Below are positions 24,590-37,349 of a stretch of DNA of 64,000 bases, one piece after another (within the stretch, counting starts at the first letter, position 1; each line of letters begins with the position of its first letter). The translations under genes and the position numbers were made by a program. The notes under the pieces are model-generated. The model did not search any database. It saw nothing but the letters and a program-made list of their open reading frames with translations, and was not told the origin of the DNA. Origin of the DNA: Ginglymostoma cirratum (taxonomy: Eukaryota); NCBI GenBank assembly GCA_024137785.1, contig JAHRHZ010000268.1, forward strand, positions 33,768,590 through 33,832,589, read 5' to 3'.

Positions 24590-25850
24590 AATTTGGGATC
24601 CCAAGATCTGGAGCAACTGTGGGTCCTGAACATGCACTGCCTGGCAGCAATCTTCCAGGAGGCAGCCCCTCAATGGTTCCTCCAAACCTACAAGCTAGAT
24701 AATGCTTTCAATGTTGCAGGCCCAATCAGAGAGGGGAGCGCTGTCGAGCCTCACCAGGCCCAGCAAGAGACGCAAGTCACAGACTATAAAGGACCTCACA
24801 GGGCTGCGCAATAAAGCATAAAAATTCAAGCTCTAGACCAGCAAGGTCCATTTGAAATGGAGGGGAACCCCTTGGTGAACTGAGTTCATATTTTATTGTC
24901 ATCACTATTCTATTCCAACTGTAGCCTCTGACTGTGAGCCTCATCTCAACCCAGTCCAGGGTATCATCTCCATTAAGCTGGCAGCTTCTGGAGACAATGG
25001 GGGTGGCAGGGGCACCCTTTAGGTTGCAAAATGCAAATAAGCAAGCAAATTTTTTCCAAATTCACCCTTGAGGGTAAATGGCTGGCAACTTCAGTGGCTT
25101 GCACAATTGATCCAATTGACAACCCTTCCCCACCACCCACAAGAAGTCAGCACCCACTCCTTCCACAATTCAGGGATTGTTTTTCCAGCTGCTTACATCA
25201 CTGCATCCACTCCCTCCAGAGCTCTTGCAGAAAACTTTACTCCCAGCCACTGCCCATTTCCTCCTGTGTCTTCCAAGCTTCTCCCACATGCTCCCTGTCA
25301 CTGCTCCCTTTGCCAGTTCCCTTTCTGCTCACTTAACACTTTCCTGCCATTGGCCCTTGCCAATCCTTACCTTCCCCTTCTGCCCACAATGCTCAGCTAC
25401 ATCCCCTGCTCAAGTGTACAACAGGAGGCAGAAGGGAGTGAGGTGCTGCAGTGGGGAAACAGTGAGTGAATCAGCATGAGAAAGTGAGCAGGGAAACCAG
25501 AACTAGGCAGTTTTCTTCTGTTTTCATTTGACCTTTTCCAACTTTAATCCAGGCAGCTGCCTGGGATGTCACTGTTTATAATTTTTACAGGCACTGACAC
25601 TGTATATGTCTGCACATATGTGGGAAACACTCCCACTAGAGTTGCAAATAAATGTAGACTTTTGTTTAACATAAATTTTACGGTCCCATGCAGGTGGGTT
25701 TACAGTTTGGGGCAATGAATAAAATTCCTCGGGTGCCTCCTGGCCATTCAGCTGCTCAACCCTGACCTGACCATGACTTCATGTGTGTTGGGTGAGGCCT
25801 TAGCTAGCCTATTTGCCCTTGTGTCAGGTCCTTGAGGGGCAAATTAATAG
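24590..25850. mobile_element. GC-richer block of probable old non-autonomous DNA-transposon sequence
   Basis: Composition shift and C-rich low-complexity core (25120-25420). No coding signal; family not assigned. Confidence 0.3.
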
Positions 25851-26744
25851 CAGCAATCGTAGCGAGGCTTTGGAGGAGGATACTGTGGTTAAAAGCATCA
25901 AACACCTCAATCAAAATGAAATCAAAAATTGGTATAATACAAAAGCTTTATTTGATAAATATTGTTTTACAATTAATGTTCAGAAGTGTTTTTTCAATAT
26001 GAGTACAAGTGCTGTAATATATAATTGTTTGATGATACTAATGATGCGAGAAATATTTTCAGACATTTTTAATCATAGTAGATGGAACAAAATCATAAAA
26101 TTATTCTCTAATACTGCATTTCTGAAAAATAATGAGGCTTCAACTTAACTCTCTATTGCGGTATTTCCTGTTTCCTGAAAACCAACTCCTTGCATGTAAG
26201 AGTAGCAGTCTGAGGAACAGGTGTCTGGAAGAAAAAATTCATAAGGAGTTGACCAAAAAGAATATGAAATCAATGTGTCTCAAGAGGGAGTATTATTCAC
26301 TGCAAAGTAACAGAACAGCAAACAATGTACATATATTCTGTCGCAATAGCAGTGACTCCATGAATCAATTTGGAAGTCATGACTCTTGCAACTTGACTCA
26401 GTTATGGCATACAATTGTAACTTTGTTGTGTGTCAGGAAACTCCATGATTCTCTGAGTAAAATTAAAGATTGGAGGGATTGAATGAACTGCTGTAATGAT
26501 CAATTGGTGGTGATTAATTGCAAAGCAGTCCTTTGGGTTGTGGAAGTTTGTCTCACAGCTTTTGACTGATCCCATTAAATAAATAATCTGATGCAAAGGA
26601 AATTAAAAATTAGAGATTCTGTCTGTTTAAGATTCTTTTAAAGAGCAGTAATAAGTATTTACTTATTTCTAAAGAATCTTCTTTGAATTCTATTTTTAAA
26701 CAGTAGTTGTATAATTATTTCAATTCATCTACTCCAAAGCTCCC

Positions 26745-26960
26745 ACACTGGTTTATGTCATCTGAGCAGTTCAGATGAGTTCAGCTATAAGTTTGATTCT
26801 GGGCCGATGCTGAGTACGTACTATTCTCAGGCAGATAATGACTGGGTTGCTACTCTTGGCCTCTACTCCTGACTTTGAGAGGAAAGAGTAAACTGGATTC
26901 TTCTGATTATTGCTGTTCAGTGCAAATTCACAGGTGAATACTGGATGTGGACAATGCTGC
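26745..26960 (+). mobile_element. Ancient tRNA-derived SINE
   Basis: gtttgattctgggccgatgctgagtacgtactattctcagg...ttggcctc...gaggaaagagtaaactggattc. Confidence 0.45.
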
Positions 26961-27379
26961 AATTCTTGATGCTATAGAGTCGATAGCCTGCTTATTCTTT
27001 AAGGTACTGGAAAAAAATAAATTACTTAAAGCGGAGGGGGGAGCAAAAAACAACAGGGAAAAAGTATTTAAAACATTCTGATGTTTATCTACTAGTTTAA
27101 ATGAAAATTTGGGTCATTCCATTTTTCATGTGATTTTTCAGGTAAGAAATTGTTCAGCTTAAATTTCAAACGTCAAGTGCAACAACTTTGCAACATTTTC
27201 ATTTGACTTATTTCCTGAAACCAAACACTTCTGCAGGTTAGAAATGTATTTACTGTTCTTTCATATAGCACGAGTTAAATTCATTTGTATTGAATTTTAG
27301 GTTTAGAGTACAGTATCACAGCAACAAGTGTATTTGAACATTTTTACACTAACCAAAAATGTATGAATGCTTTTGTCCT

Positions 27380-27680
27380 GTCAACACCTGACTATTCATA
27401 TTATTTCCTGACTGGACACTTACCTTCCATCCCATTCAAATCTAACCCCATCAGAGCTTTGCTGCATGTGTCCTAGCTCACACTGAGAATTGTTTGTTGA
27501 CTTACATTGATTTCCAGTTTGGCAACATCTAGAATTTGGAATTCTCATCCTGATTTGACGATCTCCATAGTCTCACTTTTCCTTATCTCTGTAGCCTGAG
27601 CTCTCTGCATTCCTCCAATATCAGTCTTGTGTACATCTTTAGTTTCCATTGGCCCAACATTAGTAGCTAGGCAACAGTTA
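27380..27680 (+). mobile_element. L2 3' relic
   Basis: tgctgcatgtgtcctagctcacac...ttccagtttggcaacatctagaatttggaattctcatcc. Confidence 0.5.
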
Positions 27681-27684
27681 AGGC

Positions 27685-28585
27685 CATAAGATGGAAAAGT
27701 AGGCCATTCGACCCATGGAGTTTGCACTGCTATTCAATGAGATAATGACTGATCTGCTCGTCCTCTACTCCTTTTCTCTGTAACTCTTGTATCCCCTCAC
27801 CATTTACAAAAAAATCTAGCTATCAATCACATTTCGTGACTCAAGTTTGCAAGACCTCTGCTGTAATGAATTCTAAGAAATTCCTCCACATCTCTGTCTT
27901 AATTGTGCAAACACATATTCTGAGATTATACCCTCTGGTCTAGCGAGTCCCACAAGGAGAAACAACCACTTAGCATCTACTTTGCGAAGGCCCTTAAGAA
28001 TCTTACATATTTCTACGAAGTCTCCTCACATTCTCTTAAACTCTGATGAGTACAAGCCCAACCTACTCAAACTCTCCTCATAATACAATTCCTCCATGCA
28101 TGGTATCAGTCTAGTGAACCTTCTCTGGACTGCCTCCAATGTCAGTCAGTCATAGGATAAAGGGACAAAACTGTTTACAATATTCCAGCTATGATTTGGC
28201 TTGTTTTGTATTGTTTTAGCAAGACCTCCCTATTTTCATATTCCATCCCCTTTGAAATAAGAGCCATACGCTAGTTTTTCAAGCTTCATGCACACAAACC
28301 CCCAAATCCCTCTGTGCTGTAGCTTTCTGCAGTCTTGCTCTATTTAAATGATAATCAGCTGTTGTATTCTTCCTGCAAAAGTACATAACCTCACATCGTC
28401 CGATCTTCTATTCCATCTGCCAAGCTTTTGTTTACTCACTCAACTCGCTTGTATCATTCAGTGGAGAACTTGTCTTATCCTCGCTACTTGCCTTCCCAAC
28501 TATTATTTTGTCACTTGCAAATTTGGTAATAGTTCATTAGTCATCCAATTCATCAATAGATATTTTAAATAATTATGGCCCTAAT
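27685..28585 (-). mobile_element. CR1 3' fragment
   Basis: cataagatggaaaagtaggccattcgaccc tail; ctagtgaaccttctctggactgcctccaat (antisense LEAVQRRFTR). Confidence 0.85.
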
Positions 28586-29791
28586 CATATTCTGACCGCC
28601 CTCGTCCTTTCTTGTGCTGCGTAACTTTCTTGTCCAAGGTTTAGGCACATTGTTTACTCCTTTATTCTTCACTTTTTTGTGATTCATTTGCCCTACCATT
28701 CATCAGCGATGAATGCTGGTTCTTCATATGCATGCCTGTTTGAGTTTGTATGATTGAAGTCATCAAATTAAAATATGAAATAATTTGAGTGTAACGATAG
28801 AACAGACTTTTAAAAATATCAGCAATCTGCAGAATCAACCCAATTCCTTAATTACGCTATTAAGTGATCAGTTAAGGTGAGGTTTCTGTGCATGTCTATA
28901 CTGACGAATAAAACAAATGTAGAATGTAAAGGAATGACATATTCACAGGGAAATTTTCAGTAACAATCTGGTGAAAAAAATATGAACAGCTGACTTAGGC
29001 AAGTAAGGAGAGTCAGCATAGACTTGTTAAAAGTAAACTATTCTTCACTGAATTAACTTAATTTTTGATGAGATAACAAAGAGATTAGATAAGAGTGGTG
29101 TATTTCATGTTGTGTATCATTTATTAGATTTCTTAGCAAAGATGAAGCCCATGAGGTAAAAAGAAGCAATAGCAGTGGTGGCTACAAAATTGATTTTAAG
29201 AATAGAAAATAGTTGAGTTGCCTGGATGGAGATGTTCAATAGAATTTGCCAGATTCAATATCAGGACCACTGGCTTGATATATATTAATAACTTGAGGGT
29301 ACAGGATGCAAGCTTAAGATTTGCAGATCACACAGAAAGTGATAGTACAGTAAATAGTGAGGAAGATAGTAATGGAAGACATAAACAGGCTGAAATGGGC
29401 AGGTATATGTCATGCTGTAATCCGACTGCTGTAGGTGGTTAGAACTGTGCTCAATGACACTCTACATGAAAGTGTTGAAATAACCATTCTGCCATCTTTT
29501 TTCTTGTCATGTTTTCTTAACCTAGACTACTGCTTAGAAAACTACAAAAAATTCAACACCAGAAAGTTAAAAGTGATATTATTTGATAGGAAGAATGAGT
29601 AGTGAAAATACAGGCTAAATGATCTAGTATTTGTTAGAGGAGGTGCAAAAACACAGACTTGATACTTGTAAACAAATCTTTACTGGCAGCAGGATAAGTT
29701 AACAAAACTGTCAAAGTATCCTAGGCTTCACAAATAAGGGAATCGTAACAAAAGCCATGAAAATATCCAAAGCCCACGAGGTATAAATCTG

Positions 29792-29892
29792 AGAGAACAA
29801 GGTGTGGGGCTGGATGAACACAGCAGGCCAAGCAGCATCAGAGGAGCAGGAAAGCTGACATTTTGGGCCTAGACCCTTCTCTCTCTCTGAAA
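29792..29892 (-). mobile_element. Penelope-like pLTR fragment nested in CR1, 11-bp TSD
   Basis: gtataaatctg at 29781-29791 and 29893-29903. Confidence 0.85.
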
Positions 29893-30168
29893 GTATAAAT
29901 CTGCTCCATTTAAGGTATTGTTTCCAAACATTAATTGAATTAGTTTCCATTTATTGTCCAAATGGAACCTTATTTTGGGAACATTTCTTGTTCGTCCAAA
30001 GTAACAATAAAAGGTATCCTTTCACAGAGGTCTAACTTTAATTGAAATGTATTTTTAAAAATTCCAATGCAGTAAAATCATCAGACAGTGAGGCTCATCA
30101 TAAGCACACACGCTCATTCAGACATCCAAACTCCTGTTTAAAAACAATGCTCATCAGAATTTAAGTAG

Positions 30169-30200
30169 TGTTTGTTTGTTTTTGTTTGTGCGTTTGTTTG
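30169..30200. repeat. Imperfect (GTTT)n microsatellite
   Basis: tgtttgtttgtttttgtttgtgcgtttgtttg. Confidence 0.7.
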
Positions 30201-31429
30201 GAGACGATAGAGAAGAGGTTTGCTGAATGGTTCCAGGGAAATAATTACAGTTGATAGTTGCTCTTTTATGTATTGTTTCCAGTAATTGAAGGTTTGATGA
30301 CCAGGAGATACAGGTTTAAGATTGTTGGCAAAAGTACCAGAAGTGACATGACGAAGAATTATTTTACATGATGCATAGTTAGGAATTAGAATACACTCTC
30401 ATATAAGGTAGTGGATAAAGAATGAATAGAAGCCTTCAAAAGGGAACTGGGTAAACACCCGAGTAAAAGAAAGCATAGATGTTGAGAATTAATGAGACTA
30501 ATTACGTTGATCTTTGAAATCGATGGCACAGACAAAAAATGATCTCCTTCTGCATTGTACCAATTCATTATATTTGAGAGCAATAAGCAATTGTTGACAC
30601 CTTATTCAAACTCAGATTTATACCAATTACACTAAAGTCTGTCATGTTAAATATGAAAATGTTTTAGAGGAAATTTTTTTATTAATTGCTGGTGATAATA
30701 CAATGGGAAAAATGGCTACAGAGGCTAACTGAAGAATGATCTCCAGGACATACCATTATCTAAGAAATGGAGTCTATCTAGCCTATATCTGGGCAAGTCG
30801 AAGCAAATTTACTTTCAGTATCTACTTTTCAACAGAAAGGCCTTTCTCCAGTTTGAGATTGGGGCTTAATCATACTGCATCATATTTTTGAAGTCCAAAG
30901 TAATTTGAGATGCTATAAATTAAAGAAATACATAAACAGTAATTGCAGTGCACCCACGCTGAAAGCCAAACTGATTGTTAAAGTTGCTTGTGGAGCATTG
31001 TGCTTGTGTGAGTGAGACAAGGCTTTTGGTTACATTTTCTGTGTTAACAACATATCCTGCAGAGATATAGTAAGGCATAAGATTCAAAGATAAACTTGTA
31101 CGGTTGTGTGAGACCTTAGCATGGGTAACCAGTAAATGTGGAACAAATTGATGGGCAATACTCTGTTATTTAATCTTGGAAAATCTACCAAATATACAGT
31201 GCTGTTAGATAATGGTCTTTCTTTGCTACATTCCATAAAGGATTATATGGTCCTTATTTGTTTCCAGGTTCTCCAAAGTAGTGAACATAGTGCCATCATA
31301 ATGCAATGAAATACACTGGGATGGTTACATGGATGATGCATGCAATAGCACCTCCACTTTGCCAGTCCTGAAATATGGGATCAGGTTGGCTCGCCACTAT
31401 AACGTACCTAAAATCTATTTATACTTTCA

Positions 31430-32835
31430 TTACAGACTTCTTTCCTCTCTACTCCATCAGCGTTGTTAAATATTGTGAGTGTTGGACCTGCACTCATCCT
31501 AGAAAGTGGAGAGTACTCCATCGCACTCCTGATTTGTGACTTGTCAATGGTGGACAAGCTTTGGGTAGTCAGGAAATGAGTTCCTAGCATTCCTAGCTTC
31601 TGACCAGTTGAGTTTCTGGTCAATGGTAACCCCAATGATGTTGTTAGTGGGGGATTCAGTGATGGTAACACCATTGTCAAGGAACTTTGGTTAGATTACA
31701 TCTTATTGGAAATGGTCATTGTCTGGCATTTTTGTGGTCCATATGTTATTTGCCACTTACCAGACCAAGCTGCATACTGTTCAGGTCTTGTTGCATTTGA
31801 ACATGGACTGCTTCAGTATCTGAAGAGTTGTAAATGGTGCTGAACTTTGTGCAAACATTGGCAAACATCCCCACTTTTGATCTTATGAGAAAAGGAAGTC
31901 ATTGATGAAGCAGCTGAAAATATTTGGGCCTAGAACTCTATACTGAGGAAATCCTGCAGAGATGTCCTAGAGCTGATATGATTGAGCTCCAAAAACGACA
32001 ACCATCTTCCAACGTGTCAGGAATGACTCTAATCAGCTGACAATTTTCCCCATGATACACGTTGATTCCAGTTTTGTTAGGGCTCCTTGATGCCACATTT
32101 GATTTTATTTGCTAAGCAAATGCTCCTTGATAGCCCTGTTGGTGATACCTTCCATCACTTTATGGTTGATCAAGAGTAGACAGATGTGGCAGATACTGGA
32201 CAGGTTGGATTTACACCTGCTTTGTGTACAGGGCATACCTGGTATACTCAATCATTGTAGCTGGACTGGAAGTAGTTGGTTAAAGCTGCAGCAAGTTCTG
32301 GAGCACAGGTCTTCATTTCTGTTGTTGGAATGTTATCACAACCCAGAGCCTTTGCTGTATCATATACCTTCAATCATTTTTTGATATCACATGGGGTGAA
32401 TCAACTTAGCTGAAGACTGACATTTGTGATGGCAGAAACCTTGGGGAGGTTGAGACAGATCAGCCACTCAGCAATTCTGGCTGAAGATTGTGGCGATTGC
32501 TTCAGCTTGATTTTTTTCACTGATATGCAGAGGTCCCCCATCACTGAGGAAGGAAATATTTGTAGAGCTGCCTCCTGAAGTGAGTTATTCAATTGTTCAC
32601 CACGATTCATTTCTATATTTGGCAGGACTGCAGAGCTGAGATCTGATCCCTCTGTCATGGAATCACTTAGCTCTGTCAATCATTTGTTGCTTTTGCTATT
32701 GGCATGCAGGTAGTCCTGTTTGCTAGTTGCACCAAATTGATACAATTTTTAGGTATGCCTGGTGCTGCTCCTGGCATGCTATTCTGCATTCTTCATTGGA
32801 CCACGGTAGATCCCTTGGCTTGATGGTAATAGTTG
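31430..32835 (-). mobile_element. CR1/L2-group LINE ORF2 (RT) fragment, same family as 8050-8580
   Basis: LTTQSLSTIDKSQIRSAMEYSPL (cf. LxTIYKAQVRSxMEY) and long decayed ORF2 similarity. Confidence 0.75.
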
Positions 32836-32971
32836 AATAAAACAGAGGAAACTGTTACACCCAGCAACTTGCAGGAAATATTGTACCTGAGCAGCATCAT
32901 TAATTATGTAAACAGTAAGCCATTCATAATGCTGTACTTTTGTTTAGGGGCAATTGTTTTGAGCTAGCAGT

Positions 32972-33266
32972 GAGCTGAATCCACCAGGCACCCTCATTGG
33001 TTTCACCAACATTGAGCTGTTTGGCATATTTGGTAAGCTTGGAGGCTGACTCTTAATGAAGTGAGTTGTGGCATTTTCAGGGTGTTTAACAACCATTAAT
33101 CCCTGTTAGTTGGCATCTCGCCACTGCCTACTGAGAATCTCACCATGCCACTTACGAAAAGGATAAAAAATGGCAAGAGTCATTCATGCTTTACTGTACT
33201 TGTTGTCCAACTCTGCCACACATCCCACTATAGCCAACAAACTCTGACCCCTAAAAAATTCAGCCC
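32972..33266. mobile_element. Non-autonomous Harbinger-like MITE
   Basis: Imperfect TIRs gagctgaat / aaaattcagccc, the same terminus as gggctgaatttt at 49811. Confidence 0.5.
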
Positions 33267-33660
33267 TTGGTTACTGTTTTATATCATTTCTCCATGCAAC
33301 AGTAGTATAGTTATAAGAATTTCTCAATAGAGGGTGTTTGCTTATCAATGTACTGATTTTGTTTATACCTTTTTCGATAAGAGCTGTTCTTAAACGGTGT
33401 GTTGACTTTGCTGAGCTAATCACTACAGCAAATGTGGGTGTGATTTTGTTTGGTTTTGTGTACATATACACAAAAGGGCAGGATTGAAAAGTAGATGTAG
33501 TCTCACCACACCAAGAATGTAAAAACTGATTTTGAAAAAGGCTGTTAATGCCAAAAGTTAATGCTTTCACAGATGAATTTTATTAAGCTAAATTACCATG
33601 GCTCCTCTCTTCCTGTGTCACTTAATGCTCTTTAGTTTCGAACTAACGCACATGTTATTG

Positions 33661-33681
33661 CACTTTCTGTTTCACTTCCTG
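33661..33681 (-). promoter_or_regulatory. ETS-IRF composite element (EICE) fused to an ISRE-like repeat
   Basis: Minus strand caGGAAGTGAAACAGAAAgtg = GGAAnnGAAA overlapping GAAAnnGAAA. Further GGAA/PU-box-like sites near 33608 and 33703. Confidence 0.4.
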
Positions 33682-33814
33682 CTGTCACAAAATAGGAGCT
33701 GATCTTCCTCCTCCTAGTCTTCTGTTTTGGTTGGACGAAAGGTGATAATGGGATGAAAATAGTAGGGTGGGATGGGGATGAGGGGAGCTGGAAATAGTTT
33801 GCTCATTGTGATTT

Positions 33815-34070
33815 TTATTTCTTTTATTTTAGGCATGTTGATAATGCTGGCAAAGCTGGCATATATAATAACCCTTTGAGAAGATATTGTTTGGCTTTCC
33901 TGAGCGGCTGAAGCCTACTCCCAGAATGTTGTTCCATTGTGTTGACCGAAAAACAAATGACGAAAGGTCATTTCTTTGTCTGAGGATGCTGTCAGACTCC
34001 AAGGTGGCAATGTTCCAACGTACTTCTGCCTTTGCTTTTCTGGGTGATGATGATCACAGGTGTGGGGTAC
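33815..34070 (-). mobile_element. LINE 3' tail relic
   Basis: Same tail family as 8050-8260 and 50350-50560 (gctggcaaagctggcat...cccttgagaag). Confidence 0.5.
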
Positions 34071-34356
34071 TCCCTAGGAAGCAAGATGAGTAAAATGGCC
34101 CACTCGGAGTGCTGGCACTTCAATGCTGGCAGAGCATTATGCAAAATACCAAGGCTAAAAAGGGGAGTGGGCCCAGTTATAGGCCTCGGGCTTTCAGCTC
34201 CTGTTCTCGGGTGGGGCCAACGCCTGAAGAGTGACACCTCCTGTGTTGGTGGGTCTGGAAAACCAGTTGGGCACCAGCGGCATAAACCCTTGAACAGGAG
34301 CAGTGGGTAAAGAACAAAGATGGGCTCTCTTTCAGTTATTTCTTTCTTTTCATAAA

Positions 34357-34470
34357 TCATAGATCATAGAACCCCTATGTGGAAGTGTGTGGAAGCAGAC
34401 CATTCAGCCCATTAAGTCCACACCGGCCATCTGAAGACCATCCCACTCAGACTCACCACCCTGCCCTTTC
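34357..34470 (-). mobile_element. HE1-like SINE 3' fragment
   Basis: catagaacccct...tggaagcagaccattcagcccattaagtccacacc. Confidence 0.7.
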
Positions 34471-36028
34471 CACCTGAGACACTAAGTTTCGACTGGGTTT
34501 ATGTTTGTTTTTTCAGTTATTCAAAACGGGCCAGAGTATGGTTACAGTTGAACCTTTTCACTGCATTTTGTCTTAAATGCAAATGACAATAAATCATCCA
34601 TTCATTCATTTACTCATTCATTCAAAGATAATTTCAAAGAAGAGTTATATTTTCTTCTCTCTTCACCTTGCTGTCATGTTCACTCCAATGATCCTGAGCC
34701 TGGTATTGTCCCCTATTTACACTTCCTCTGCACCTGTGTTAATCAAACAATTAAGGAACTTTCTGGAACTTTCTTTCCTGCTTCACAATTACCTGTTCTG
34801 TAAGTAAATGTTGGATTTACGCATGCTGCTCATCAGGAAATGTTCTGGCAATTACATGGCAAAAGAAAGGACACAATTGGATGTGGGGTCTGCCTCTAAG
34901 AGGGTGCTATACCTGATGAAGCAATGTTTATGTATACCTCAAACCTGAAGAAAATGGACGTGATAACATATAAAAGAATCTAACAGACATTAATTACGGC
35001 TAACTACAATGTACAAACATTATATTGACAGGCACATAAATGCCTGGACTAAATTTCAACTATGAGGTTATAAAGCAGCATGCTGCTTTAATCCTGTTAA
35101 GTTGCAAGTGATTTGCGTTATATCCTTGCGTGGGCATGTGTTATGCCCTTAGGATATACATTATATCTTTATACGCTTGCGTCACAAAATACAGTCCAGT
35201 GATAAAATCATGAGCCTGTACTTTAAAGGCATATTGACCATGAAACATGAATCAACAAAAGCCACTCAGTAAAATAGATTTTCATCTCGTTTGGCAGATA
35301 TTTGCAGCTGGAGAATGATCATTTCGTCAGATCAAAGCTTTGAAAAATTATTGTATCATTCTCCATTCTATCCATGAGATGAGACCCTAGGAAAAATGAC
35401 AGCCTGTGTAATAATGAATATCACAGTTAAGGAAGCAAGCTTAATTAGTAGATGGCAAAATAAAGGGAAAATCCAACTGTCAAGGATAGATATCAGTAAT
35501 GAAGAAAATCCTGTATGTGCAGGTCTGGGAGGGCTGGTGGCCTTTTTGGTGATAACATCAGCAAAGAGGGTCCTCAATGTCATATCATGTGGTATCTCAG
35601 TTTCATTCCAATTCTATTGATACCAAATGTCACTTTTAAAAACAATGAACCTTTGCCACAAACATAGGTAATCACTTATTGAACTTGTAGCACATTTCGG
35701 CAAACAATTGTGTTCATTTCTACATGTTGGATATATCATTTTCACTCGTGATGATTTACAATAATAAACAATTTATTTTACATAATAGCCACAAATTCCT
35801 TTTCCTGCCACACCGTGCATTACATTGGCAAATTGAATATCTTGGATCTTACACCTAGTGTAAAATTTCTGTTTACTTCCAACAGCAGCCTGACTGATGC
35901 TAGGTGAAAATAACTCAAACCGTTTATCTTAAAAATGTTAGTTATTAATGCACAAAAGATTGTTTCCTGACTGTGCATTATTTAATTTTTGGTAATTTCA
36001 TGTATGCTATATGTTCAAATTTGAACAT

Positions 36029-36632
36029 GGGTTGGATTTTCCCATTTTTGAGTTGATATTTTTGTGAGAGAGCTTCATGGCATCCAATCTGGTAGGGCCT
36101 TGAGTGAATTATGTTTATTCAATCTCTTTACCTCAAACATGCATCTGGACTACATGTGTCTTTCCTGTGAAATCAGGCAACAGGAAAAGCAGAAGTGCTC
36201 ACCACTGCCAGGATCTTCTGGCATTCATGCCACTGGCACCATACTTAAAGCCCAACTACACACCATTTCAGACATAGACCAGGTACCCGCCGTCACACTG
36301 AAGTTTGTGAACATTACCCAGAAAGCAAAGTTGGCACCCCACTTCAAATCAGGGGCCCGAAGGTACTTGTGCATGGGTGGTAGAGAGGATGGTGTGCTTT
36401 TTTGCTTCTGATTGTCAAAACATGCTATTTTTCCAAACTTGACCTACCTGTACTGGAATTAGCCTGGTTAGTCAGCGTCACATCTAAAATGAAATGCGCA
36501 ACAGTGGCAGGGAAAGATTTGTATTTGGTATCAGAAATAATATTGCCAGGAAGGCTTAATTCCAGAGGCGGAACCGTGTCCTTTTTTAAGGTGTTCATAT
36601 TGTCCACATTGTTCCAAAGAGGGTAAAATTCC
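36029..36632. mobile_element. Old Harbinger-like non-autonomous element
   Basis: Imperfect TIRs gggttggattttccc / gggtaaaattcc. Confidence 0.4.
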
Positions 36633-37349
36633 TTTGCTTTTTAATGTAAATTATGCCCAAAATAGAACTTTAATTGAAGAGCCAACACTGAGTTATTAAT
36701 TTTTAAACTTTTTTTTCTCTAAAATCAAGGCTCCAACCTCATTCTTTACAAATTTTAAATTGGTTGTGAGTTAGAGAAGATTTAGAATGGGACAATGCAC
36801 TGATGCTTTTCACCGCAAATTGGAATGTTATTCAAGCTTCAGAATCACAGCTGACAACTGCTCATGGTTGGAAGGATAGATGACATGTATTCTGCAAGAC
36901 CACATTCACTTTACCTTACCTTAGCTTTATTCATACACCATTAGTCACATCATGCCTGATTACATTTGTTTATTCTCGTCAAACCAATGCTTCCAAACCA
37001 ATGCAGTTTGGTGCCATAAAATGATCTCTAACTCCATGCATTTCTTCTAATAAACTGCATTTTGAAATTTTATTAATCTAGATCTAAATAGACAACTGTT
37101 ATAAATACAACTATCCACCAATCTGATGACTTTCTCTAAGGGATCCATTAAGTCAATTTGATGCTGACAAATCCTTGACAAATTCATGGAGTCAATAGAA
37201 ACTGAAATCAGACGAAACTAGCTGCCAATTTGTCACTATCCGCAACATGCAAACACATAAGATTCGACTTTGTGCAGAAATGTTGCAGCCAAAACAGCAG
37301 CACATTTAGTCAGAAGCCTACAAGTTCTATTTGTCAAGTTGAAGGTGCC

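Larger units (their letters stand above)
28930..30570 (+). mobile_element. Very old CR1 ORF2 and 3' UTR, fragmented
   Basis: gagagtcagcatagacttgttaaaagtaaa (cf. SQHGFVKG), aagatttgcagatcacacagaa (cf. FADDTK), gaccaggagatacaggtttaag (cf. TRGH). Confidence 0.6.

Noticed and set aside
36011-36028. 18-bp perfect palindrome ATGTTCAAATTTGAACAT
   Set aside because: AT-rich, isolated and abutting a transposon end; no further support for function.
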